A DNA stretch of 64,000 nucleotides, taken from positions 186,001 through 250,000 of IMG/VR virus record IMGVR_UViG_3300023202_000383; one strand, 5' to 3'. The notes below the pieces were generated by a model, which was not told where the DNA came from, did not search any database, and saw only the letters and a list, made by a program, of their open reading frames with translations. The translations under genes were made by a program, and so were the position numbers. This document shows positions 55,015 to 63,577 of this stretch, piece after piece (positions within the stretch are counted from its first letter, which is position 1; the number at the start of each line of letters is the position of its first letter).

Positions 55015-55461
55015 ATGACACTCAAGCCAAAGAAAAGAAGATTGCCAGAGAGCAAAACAAAGTTGCCTGTAAGCAAATTAATATGGCTAAGGCTTGTGTC
55101 ATTGAACTATATCGGCCACGTTAAAACAAAATATCGAAAGCGACGAAATATATTCCTCGACAAGATAGAGAGTATACCAGTCAACGTAGGATATTACCAC
55201 TACGAGGTATCTGATGTCGCTAGACCCGGTTCGGACGCATATATATTGGTTGGGGTAGAAATGAAATGTAGAAATATCAAGGGTAACCCAGTAGTTGAGG
55301 CATTCGTTATTAGTAACGACTTGAAATATGTGTGGCGAATGAAGAATAAGAACCCGCTTGGGTCTGAAGTCGAAATAACGTACGAGCCATACGAAGTGCC
55401 AACTGTGCGACAAGTTAAAACATGGCTTAGGAAGCATTTTGACGCCTATGGTCCACAATAA
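55015..55461 (+). CDS. Hypothetical, family B-like
   Basis: SDVARPGSDAYILVGV; GAGGAG RBS. Confidence 0.65.
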   Translation: MTLKPKKRRLPESKTKLPVSKLIWLRLVSLNYIGHVKTKYRKRRNIFLDKIESIPVNVGYYHYEVSDVARPGSDAYILVGVEMKCRNIKGNPVVEAFVISNDLKYVWRMKNKNPLGSEVEITYEPYEVPTVRQVKTWLRKHFDAYGPQ

Positions 55462-55876
55462 CATAAAAGCTAAACCTAGAAGAGAGAAAAAACTCTCTGA
55501 ATCGCCGCATATTGGTACGGTTGATCTTAAGAATTCTAGATTTATATCTTTAGCATATATTGAATCTAAAGGAAGCGTACATTATTTTAGAATTCTTCCG
55601 CCAGATGACCCAAATAAGAAGATATATCTGTGCGCACATTTAATATGTTATACTCATCGCAGTCATCGTTGTATGCCCAGATTTTTAAACCTTCTGATAG
55701 ATTTCGATAAAAAACACGTGTGGCATATCCACAAGCCCCACCAAGATCGCAATAAGGGGGAAGGCGTTGTTATGGTAACGATGGTTCAAAATGATCGAGA
55801 CATTCCACAGCAAGGTGCTATAGATAATTGGGTTGAAGAGACTATAAAGAGAACGAATGTCTACGTGGATAAATAA
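55439..55876 (+). CDS. Hypothetical, family B-like
   Basis: PPDDPNKKIYLCAHL. Confidence 0.6.
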   Translation: MTPMVHNNIKAKPRREKKLSESPHIGTVDLKNSRFISLAYIESKGSVHYFRILPPDDPNKKIYLCAHLICYTHRSHRCMPRFLNLLIDFDKKHVWHIHKPHQDRNKGEGVVMVTMVQNDRDIPQQGAIDNWVEETIKRTNVYVDK

Positions 55877-56237
55877 ACCGTATCTCCAACATACATTTCC
55901 AGTTAGTGACACAGAACTTGCTGGAAAGATGCATAAGCGGGATAATATTGACGATTTTGATATACGATTAGTCCGTGTTGTATCGTTTAGAAAATACCAA
56001 AAAAGTGCATGGATAGTTAATCTATCAAATGAAATTATCAGCCCCAACATTAACGAAGAAGAATTGTGTTGGTGTTTGATTGGTTCGTGTGTAATTCTTA
56101 CAGATGGTATCAAATATTCTCGTATATTATTGTACAATCCTAGTAGACTATATTATATGACTTCTAGCATACGTAGATCTTTCTTTAATTTCTTTAAATG
56201 GGAAGTGCACGAAAAGATTAATGAATTAATGGAATGA
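55857..56237 (+). CDS. Hypothetical protein
   Basis: 126 aa coupled ORF. Confidence 0.55.
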   Translation: MSTWINKPYLQHTFPVSDTELAGKMHKRDNIDDFDIRLVRVVSFRKYQKSAWIVNLSNEIISPNINEEELCWCLIGSCVILTDGIKYSRILLYNPSRLYYMTSSIRRSFFNFFKWEVHEKINELME

Positions 56238-56254
56238 ATTAATGGACGCTACTA

Positions 56255-56572
56255 ATGAATATTAAAATCGTATTAGCAAAAATGTTGGCTGAAAAATTGA
56301 CCACGTATTTCGATTGCAATATTATAATAGATGATCAAAACCGGGCGGTAGTATCATTATGGGCACAAATAGATAATAGTGGAGATCAATTATTGCTTGC
56401 TCATGTTGGAGAAGAATATATAGACTTCCCAAGATTATTCTACAAATATGATATAAACAACCCAGAATTCGATCCTGAAAGATTTTCTGAGGTTATTGCT
56501 TCTGATATCATAAAATTAGATCTTAAATTGAGCTTCCCTATGTTGTTTTCCAGAAGAAGGACCAATCAATGA
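56255..56572 (+). CDS. Hypothetical, family A paralogue
   Basis: YDINNPEFDPERFSEVI. Confidence 0.7.
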   Translation: MNIKIVLAKMLAEKLTTYFDCNIIIDDQNRAVVSLWAQIDNSGDQLLLAHVGEEYIDFPRLFYKYDINNPEFDPERFSEVIASDIIKLDLKLSFPMLFSRRRTNQ

Positions 56573-57222
56573 GCGACGAACAGAACAAAAATGCCGAGAC
56601 GCCAGATGTGGAGGCCAAGAAATGGGTCGAGTGGGCAAATTATTATTTTCGCTGCCAAAGCGTCCCGTTGCTCACATCCGAGCAACGTAACGTGGTTATG
56701 ACCGCCCTCGTCAACGCGATTAAGACGGAGCGGGAGAGGGCGATCGAGGGGTTGTCAGCAGACGAGATCAACAACCTGCCAGATTCCGTGCGTCGGTACA
56801 TCGCGGCGATAGAAACAAAGTGCGACCCTGCTGGCGACATACGTTTGATTGCGGACCTCAAGGAACAACGAGATGCCCTAATCAAGCGGCTCGAACAGGC
56901 CGAGCGGGAGCGGGACGAGGCATTGCGTTGGAAAGAATCGGCGATGTCTGTAACTCCACCTATACAGGACATTGGCCGCGAACTTGACCTTAATCTTGGC
57001 GAGTCGATTCACGACAAGATTTTGCCCGGCATCAAAGAACAGAAAGTCACCATTGCCCGCCTCACCGACCTGCTGCGGGAAGCGAGACCGTACATCGGGC
57101 ACGCCCCGTATTGCGACTATCTACACAGCGGAAGGACGAAGCCGTGCGATTGCAAGCAACTAGACGTGTGCTTACGCATCAACTCCGCCTTGGCCGAAAG
57201 CGAGGACACCGATGCCGACTGA
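56569..57222 (+). CDS. Coiled-coil hypothetical protein, GC-rich
   Basis: LKEQRDALIKRLEQAERERDEAL; C-terminal H..YC....C.C. Confidence 0.7.
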   Translation: MSDEQNKNAETPDVEAKKWVEWANYYFRCQSVPLLTSEQRNVVMTALVNAIKTERERAIEGLSADEINNLPDSVRRYIAAIETKCDPAGDIRLIADLKEQRDALIKRLEQAERERDEALRWKESAMSVTPPIQDIGRELDLNLGESIHDKILPGIKEQKVTIARLTDLLREARPYIGHAPYCDYLHSGRTKPCDCKQLDVCLRINSALAESEDTDAD

Positions 57223-57478
57223 CCACAGACAGACGGAGGACGATCATGTGCGCCTGCTGGTAGAGCGGCTGTGTCCGCCAGACCTTGCGTTCAGTGTGAC
57301 ACGGTATGACGTTGGCCGGTGGCACATCGTAATCGCGAGTGCGCCCGAGCCGCCTCATTACGTCATCGAGCGAGTAGTAAATGTTCGCGGGGCTGTTTTT
57401 CCAGAAGGAATCATCACGCGTAACGTTGACGAAATGGTGACGCACATCCTCGAAAGGATTGCCCAACATGCCGAATGA
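57212..57478 (+). CDS. Hypothetical protein, GC-rich
   Basis: 88 aa, GAGG RBS. Confidence 0.6.
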   Translation: MPTDHRQTEDDHVRLLVERLCPPDLAFSVTRYDVGRWHIVIASAPEPPHYVIERVVNVRGAVFPEGIITRNVDEMVTHILERIAQHAE

Positions 57479-57520
57479 CCCCAGACACCTTGCAACAACC
57501 AGAGATTGAGCCACAGCAGC

Positions 57521-59023
57521 TTACCGCTCGTAGACAAATCTTAACTTCTTGCTACCCCATACCTTCACATAGCCATTTGTTTCAGCGTATTCACGCTCTT
57601 TCATTTTCATCTTCACAGCACGCTGATAGAGCGTTTTCTTATGCATTGTCCACCCATTCTCATCAGTATACCAATAACTTGGTGGTACATCTCCGTCGGG
57701 CTTGAAATTCAACGACTTATACACAGCACCATCATGATTAAAAGTGGTATCACAATACGATATTATTAACTTGTACTTATCTGGCAGTTTTTTTAGACAC
57801 CTGCTAACAAACCACGACGCGAAATTCTTCTTCTGATAGCGAGGGTGAATACATAACCTAGATAATTCGCGGCATTCTTTCTTCTTATATCTGCCAGTCC
57901 TAATATTGTGACGTACCAACGGTGAAAAAACGCAAACAGCAATCAACTCTTCTTCAAGATAGGCACCATAACAAATTCCGCCTCGACCAGCATCGGATAG
58001 GTAATGATATTTCGAAAGAAGAAGCCTGTATTCGCTAGCTGGACAGTCATTAATTTCTACATTATTGAAATCGTATTCGACAGTATTCAGTTTAGTAATT
58101 CCGAGCCAATATTTGAGCAATTCGACCACTTTATTATAATTGTGAAATTCATGCTCCCAAATGCATTTCAATTCGTACTGATTTGGGAAGTTATTTGCGA
58201 CGTATGATGCCTTCCGTTTATCATTAGCATGCCCTCGATCTGTAGAATGCCAGTATTCGCCTTGGCATTCTATAAGGAGATCTGGTGCGTTCTGCCTAGG
58301 GATGACGCAATCAAAGCTATATGGCCCGATTTTGGTCTGTAAATCGTCTTGTTTGCTATTGTGCTCTCTGTAATAAGAAATATTTAAGTCGTCTAGGATA
58401 GAATAGAGTGTTTCTTGTATAGATGAGACCTTTGGCATATTATCTCTAGCTAGAGACAAGGACTCGCAGATTTTGGCTCTATATTCGGGATTCTCCCATG
58501 ACTTTTTAGTTGCTTCTGATATCTTACGCCTATATTCTTGATTCCCCCACGCCTCTTTGGATACCTGCCCCAAAATTTCTGTCATTTTGTCTCTGTATTT
58601 CCCATCCAACCACCTCTTTTTGCCGAGTTCTGACATCTTTTGTTTAAATTCTGGGGTAACTTTCTTGCGGTTAATCTCTGTCATTCTTTCAGCGAAATCG
58701 TCACTCTGCCTAAAAGCACTCATCCTGTCTCGTAATTCAGGATCATTCCAAATTTCTTTGCTATTGGTTACAATTTTGTTTCTATACCTATCATCCTTCC
58801 ATGCTTCTTTTGCTCCTTTCCTAGATGCTTTTCTTTTCTCTGGATCGTTTGCTACACACTTGGCGCATTCCCATGGTATTTGATTTCTTATAACCTCGGA
58901 TTTCTTGCGAATGGATTTTGTGCCCTCGCTGCCGCAATTATCACATTCAACGACTACCTTTGGCCTATGTCCAGATAGATCTATTCTATTAAATTTTTCT
59001 AGCGTCTTATTCCAATTTATCAT
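57521..59023 (-). CDS. Hef-like endonuclease (NUMOD3-like repeats + Vsr/DUF559-like + GNAT/Mom-like)
   Basis: YSFDC...LLIECQGEYWH; YHYL..AGRGG...ELSRLCIHPRYQKKNFASWFV...IISYCD..FNHDGAVYK. Confidence 0.75.
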   Translation of the reverse strand: MINWNKTLEKFNRIDLSGHRPKVVVECDNCGSEGTKSIRKKSEVIRNQIPWECAKCVANDPEKRKASRKGAKEAWKDDRYRNKIVTNSKEIWNDPELRDRMSAFRQSDDFAERMTEINRKKVTPEFKQKMSELGKKRWLDGKYRDKMTEILGQVSKEAWGNQEYRRKISEATKKSWENPEYRAKICESLSLARDNMPKVSSIQETLYSILDDLNISYYREHNSKQDDLQTKIGPYSFDCVIPRQNAPDLLIECQGEYWHSTDRGHANDKRKASYVANNFPNQYELKCIWEHEFHNYNKVVELLKYWLGITKLNTVEYDFNNVEINDCPASEYRLLLSKYHYLSDAGRGGICYGAYLEEELIAVCVFSPLVRHNIRTGRYKKKECRELSRLCIHPRYQKKNFASWFVSRCLKKLPDKYKLIISYCDTTFNHDGAVYKSLNFKPDGDVPPSYWYTDENGWTMHKKTLYQRAVKMKMKEREYAETNGYVKVWGSKKLRFVYER

Positions 59024-59239
59024 AATTTATTTTTGAGCCGTGATATGGCAATATGGTTATTGTCTTTTAAATACAATATCAGTTGTTGCGCGACAACAAA
59101 CGCTTCACAGCAAGCTAGAAATGCGTCAACACATCAAAAATAACTCATTGGATTCGCGAAGCCGTTTTGTGCCAATTGTTGCCGCCATGCTGCAGCGACA
59201 CAGCAGCGTGTGAGGGAACGTCTTTCTGGAGAACATGCT

Positions 59240-60868
59240 ATGATGACACCTGAGGAAAAGTTGGTAGCTGCACGATGTCGTTTGATGACACGTGAGCCAT
59301 GGTACGGGCATATGGCCATGATGATCACGTGGAAGAAGTCCGACATGAATTGGGTCGATGATGAAGCGGCCCGATCGATCGGCATTAAGATCGCCAGCAC
59401 CGGCGAGATTACTGCTTACTGGTATCAGGATTGGGTTGAGCGGATGTCGCTCAAGCAGATCTACGGTACTATCGAACACATGATCAATCACCTGGTTCGC
59501 CTGCACCCGGTTCGGGCTGGTGAGCATGAGAAGGCTCCGTGGAACATCGCGACCGACATGGCCGTAAATGGTTCTGCCAACAGCCCCCACATCGGATATA
59601 AGGACGAGAACGGCAAGACCGTCCTCCCTTGCTCATATGATGTGTCCAAGGGAAGCGACACCTGGACAATCCCCAACTACGACGACGCTTTGGTGTTCGC
59701 AGACAAGAAGGGGATCGGCGTCGACAATGTTAAGCCGCACGGCGACAGTCTCGTGTTCGTGCCCAATGACTGGCCTAGTGACGAATCAGCCGAATTCTAC
59801 TACGAGAAGTTGATCGAGCAATTCGGTGACGATGGCCAGCAGGGCCAGCAGGGCCAGCAGTGCGATGGTGAAGGCCAGGACCAATGCCAAACGTGCGGTG
59901 GCAGCGGGCAAGCTCCCGACGACGAAGATGGCGACGAAGACCAGCAGGGCCAAGGCCAAGGTCAGGGTCAGGATGATGACCAGCAGGGCCAGGGCCAAGG
60001 CCAAGGTCAGGGTCAGGATGATGACCAGCAGGGCCAGGGTGGTGGCGGTGGCCAACCCCAGGGCGAATGCAGCGACAGCAGCGGTGAAAGTGATGGTCAG
60101 GGAAGCGGCAGCCCGTGCCCCGATTGTCAGGGAACCGGCAAGGAAGGCGGTCAAAGCGGCGGCAACGGCCAGGCCAAGCACAACTACGGCCCATTCCAGA
60201 ATAACGCTGTCGACGACCACAGCACGTGGACACAGTCCGATATCAGCCACGACGAGGCACGGCAGCTGGTCCATGATATGGTCAAGGAAGCGACCGACAA
60301 GAGCCAGGGTCACACACCCGGTCACTTGGCACAGGCGATCGACGAACTCAAGAAACCGATCGTCCGGTGGCGTGAAATCCTGCGTCAGATCATCGGCACG
60401 CACGTTGGCAACCGTCGCAAGACGTATGCCCGACGCAACCGCCGATATGATATCTGGGGTATCAAGGGCATCAGCCATCACGCAGCCGCAACCGTGTCGG
60501 TGATCATCGACACGTCCGGATCAATCGGAACCAAGGAACTGGAACAGTTCTTCGGTGAAATCGAGGCGATCAGTTACCGTGCCAAGGTCAACGTTCTGCA
60601 GTGGGACCACGCATTCCAGGGCTTCGACCAGTACCGCCGAGGTGACTGGAAGAAGATCACTGCTAATGGACGTGGGGGCACGGATATGGCAGCCCCGGTC
60701 AAGTGGTTAGAAGAGAATGGCCAGGTCGCTGATCTGCAGATTATGCTGACCGATGGCTATTGCAATTGGCCCGCGCCACGTGAGTATCCGATGGTGTTCT
60801 GCATCACGACCGACAATACTTCGGAACCTGAGTGGGGTGTGTCGATCCGCATGAAGATCACTGAGTGA
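59240..60868 (+). CDS. Zincin-like (DUF2201-type) + vWA domain protein, MoxR partner
   Basis: EHMINH..RLH, WNIATDMAVN, SAEFYY, DDHSTW, IDTSGSI MIDAS, GRGGTD, IMLTDGY; ATG 59240. Confidence 0.88.
   Translation: MMTPEEKLVAARCRLMTREPWYGHMAMMITWKKSDMNWVDDEAARSIGIKIASTGEITAYWYQDWVERMSLKQIYGTIEHMINHLVRLHPVRAGEHEKAPWNIATDMAVNGSANSPHIGYKDENGKTVLPCSYDVSKGSDTWTIPNYDDALVFADKKGIGVDNVKPHGDSLVFVPNDWPSDESAEFYYEKLIEQFGDDGQQGQQGQQCDGEGQDQCQTCGGSGQAPDDEDGDEDQQGQGQGQGQDDDQQGQGQGQGQGQDDDQQGQGGGGGQPQGECSDSSGESDGQGSGSPCPDCQGTGKEGGQSGGNGQAKHNYGPFQNNAVDDHSTWTQSDISHDEARQLVHDMVKEATDKSQGHTPGHLAQAIDELKKPIVRWREILRQIIGTHVGNRRKTYARRNRRYDIWGIKGISHHAAATVSVIIDTSGSIGTKELEQFFGEIEAISYRAKVNVLQWDHAFQGFDQYRRGDWKKITANGRGGTDMAAPVKWLEENGQVADLQIMLTDGYCNWPAPREYPMVFCITTDNTSEPEWGVSIRMKITE
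59939..60040 (+). repeat. Tandem GQ/DDDQQGQGQ coding repeats
   Basis: gaccagcagggcc...ggtcagggtcaggatgat units occur 2-3 times. Confidence 0.85.
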
Positions 60869-60910
60869 TATCCATGTGATGACCGCAGCCATGTCGGTCA
60901 AATATATTTC

Positions 60911-62428
60911 ATGATCGATTGGGAAGCAAGCAAAGCTGAGTTCGGAACCACCATGGGTCTAAAAGGCAATAGACCCATGGTGGTTGTTTTATGTGACAAG
61001 TGCAAGTCTAAAGGATCTATTCGGATTCGCAACAAATCTCTGATCAAAAAGACTGGCGACCGCACATGGCTGTGTAGATCATGCGTGAATAACCAACCTA
61101 ACAAGATAGCAAAACTTAAGAATGCTTCTAAAAAATTATGGGAAAATGATAAGTATAGATCAAAAAATTTAAGCTCAGTCAGAAGTGCAGAAAATCGCAA
61201 AAAGCTTAGCGACAATTGGTATAAAAATATGAAATCAATTGTCGCCAGTGACGAATATAAATCAAAGCAAAGAAAATCATCAATCAAATCATGGCGTGAT
61301 AGTAAGTATGCAAGCAAGATTATCAAGTCATCAACAGAGATGTGGAATAATGCTTCTTTACGTGACAAGATGTTGTCATCTAGAAGAACTGATAAATATA
61401 GAGAGAATCAGCGTATAAAGGCAATAGAACGGTGGCAAGACCCTAATTATATAAAGAAGCAGGACTCTGCAAAAGCTAGAGCGGTTAGATCACCAGAGAA
61501 CTTGGCGAAATTGCGAGCCAACCAGAAAAAAGTGTCATCAATACAAAATATGTTGTATTCAATCCTCGATGATTTAGAAGTTAAATATTATAGAGAATAC
61601 AATGATAAAATAGATGATCACGAGGTCAAGATTGGTCCATATAACTTCGACTGTTTGGTGCCACGTGACAACAAGCCAGACTTGCTAATAGAATGTCAGG
61701 GCGAATACTGGCATTCTATTAGAGAAGGCAGCGATAAAGCTAAAGCATCATATATATCAAACAACCACAGCGATAAGTATGAGCTTAAATATATATGGGA
61801 GCATGAATTTCATAATAAGAATAGAGTTGTTGAGCTTGTTAAATATTGGTTAGGCATTGCCGCGATTGACTCAATAGAATTCGATTTTGATTCAGTTGAG
61901 ATAAGAAAATGTCCACCAAAAGATTATAAACTTTTGCTTGGCAAATATCATTATCTTCCAACAGCAGGTCGCGGTGGCATCGCTTTTGGTGCATATTTGG
62001 AGTCCGGGTTAATAGCTGTATGTATTTTTTCTCCGATGCCTCGGCAAAACATGCCATATAATAATAAATCGCATAGAGAATTGTCTAGGTTATGTATTCA
62101 CCCTCGCTACCAGAAGAAGAATTTTGCGTCGTGGTTTGTGTCGCGGTGTATCAAATTGCTACCGACAAAATACAAAACAATAATATCATATTGTGATACT
62201 ACATTCAACCATGATGGGGCGGTCTATAAAGCATGCAATTTCAAATTGGATGGTGAAGTTAAGCCAGATTATTGGTATGCTAGCAAAAGCGGCTGGATTA
62301 TGCATAAAAGAACAATGTATGGGCATGCAACAAAGATGAAGAAAAATGAATCCGATTATGCCAAAGAGATGGGCTACAAGAAAATATGGGGCAGCAAGAA
62401 ATTAAGATTTGTTTTTGACAGATCATGA
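60911..62428 (+). CDS. Hef-like endonuclease, close paralogue of 57521..59023
   Basis: Same domain order; YNFDC...LLIECQGEYWH; ELSRLCIHPRYQKKNFASWFV identical. Confidence 0.75.
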   Translation: MIDWEASKAEFGTTMGLKGNRPMVVVLCDKCKSKGSIRIRNKSLIKKTGDRTWLCRSCVNNQPNKIAKLKNASKKLWENDKYRSKNLSSVRSAENRKKLSDNWYKNMKSIVASDEYKSKQRKSSIKSWRDSKYASKIIKSSTEMWNNASLRDKMLSSRRTDKYRENQRIKAIERWQDPNYIKKQDSAKARAVRSPENLAKLRANQKKVSSIQNMLYSILDDLEVKYYREYNDKIDDHEVKIGPYNFDCLVPRDNKPDLLIECQGEYWHSIREGSDKAKASYISNNHSDKYELKYIWEHEFHNKNRVVELVKYWLGIAAIDSIEFDFDSVEIRKCPPKDYKLLLGKYHYLPTAGRGGIAFGAYLESGLIAVCIFSPMPRQNMPYNNKSHRELSRLCIHPRYQKKNFASWFVSRCIKLLPTKYKTIISYCDTTFNHDGAVYKACNFKLDGEVKPDYWYASKSGWIMHKRTMYGHATKMKKNESDYAKEMGYKKIWGSKKLRFVFDRS

Positions 62429-62508
62429 TTTCTTGCTGCAACACGCTGTGTCACAGCAAAGTAAGGCCAGAGGAAAAGAGTGATGATTGATTACCCCGAA
62501 GGAGAGAA

Positions 62509-62895
62509 ATGAAACTTAATAAACTAATTACCGAAAGTCGCCTACCAAAAGTAGGCATTTTCTGGATAATTGGCGGTGATGTGATCAGCTTCCTAGAAGA
62601 AGCCAGAGATGTGTCTAGCATTAGTGGATTTAAGGATGCTACACATGATCACCACACAATGTGGGATAAAGTTGTGACCTCTTATCCTAAATTCAGAAAT
62701 ATGGAATATTATGAAGTCCCCAGAGGCAGAGTCCTGTTTGCTGGTCCTCGCGAACGATATGAAATTATAACGAGCAAGAAGATAGCCGAAAACGGCAAGT
62801 ATATTAGAAAAATCATGCGAGAATTCTCTCTGCCGATTTCTAAAACAGCGATTGTGATGGATGAGCACTACGAAATAGAACCTGATTTAGACTAG
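62509..62895 (+). CDS. Hypothetical protein
   Basis: AGGAG RBS; VGIFW...PRGRV...DEHY. Confidence 0.7.
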   Translation: MKLNKLITESRLPKVGIFWIIGGDVISFLEEARDVSSISGFKDATHDHHTMWDKVVTSYPKFRNMEYYEVPRGRVLFAGPRERYEIITSKKIAENGKYIRKIMREFSLPISKTAIVMDEHYEIEPDLD

Positions 62896-62924
62896 CCTTC
62901 AGAGAGCAAGCTGACGCCCGGAGA

Positions 62925-63323
62925 ATGAAGACTCCAGAGAACCATGGGGCCGGATCGGCAATGGTCCGGCCCTGTGTGTTTAACGAAATGACATACTGCA
63001 ATAGAGAATGCTTCCAGTTCCTCATAACCCATCGTGTCTATGAATCGCTTGTATGCAGATATAATTGGTTTATAAAACATTCCACAGTGAATTTTGATGG
63101 TGAGAAATGTGATAGATTCGATGTTTATATGGGCCTAGATGTCGGTGTAGTCAGAATAACGAGAAATAAAGTATCGATAAATGGCATAACAGACCAATAT
63201 GATATAAGCGATCCAAAATTTAACCCAGATAATTTTGCCGCAGCTATCATACATAACGTCGTAGAGCAACGATGCCGCCGGTTGAGACTATCAGATGGCT
63301 TGGCACACAACCTTTACGCGTGA
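62925..63323 (+). CDS. Hypothetical, family A paralogue
   Basis: YDISDPKFNPDNFAAAI. Confidence 0.7.
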   Translation: MKTPENHGAGSAMVRPCVFNEMTYCNRECFQFLITHRVYESLVCRYNWFIKHSTVNFDGEKCDRFDVYMGLDVGVVRITRNKVSINGITDQYDISDPKFNPDNFAAAIIHNVVEQRCRRLRLSDGLAHNLYA

Positions 63324-63577
63324 TTAATAGGCTCCGCGATTGGGAATTGTTGTCGAATTTCAATAGAACCATAGTTATAAATTATGTGATTGATAATGAT
63401 GAACTAATGGATTTGGATGATATGTCCAGATATATGAAAGTGTCAAAGAGAACAATTCACAAATGGATAAAATCTGGTATAATTCCTAACCCAGACATGT
63501 CAGTGAGCAGGACCAAGCGTTGGTTCAAATCAACCATCATAAAAATGATGAAAGGTAACAAATGCAAAGCACAGTAA
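63272..63577 (+). CDS. Excisionase/AlpA-like HTH DNA-binding protein
   Basis: LMDLDDMSRYMKVSKRTIHKWIKSGIIP...RW; true start probably further downstream. Confidence 0.7.
   Translation: MPPVETIRWLGTQPLRVINRLRDWELLSNFNRTIVINYVIDNDELMDLDDMSRYMKVSKRTIHKWIKSGIIPNPDMSVSRTKRWFKSTIIKMMKGNKCKAQ

Noticed and set aside
59775-60503. Several 150-230 aa alternative-frame ORFs
   Set aside because: By-products of the GC-rich repeats in the vWA gene.
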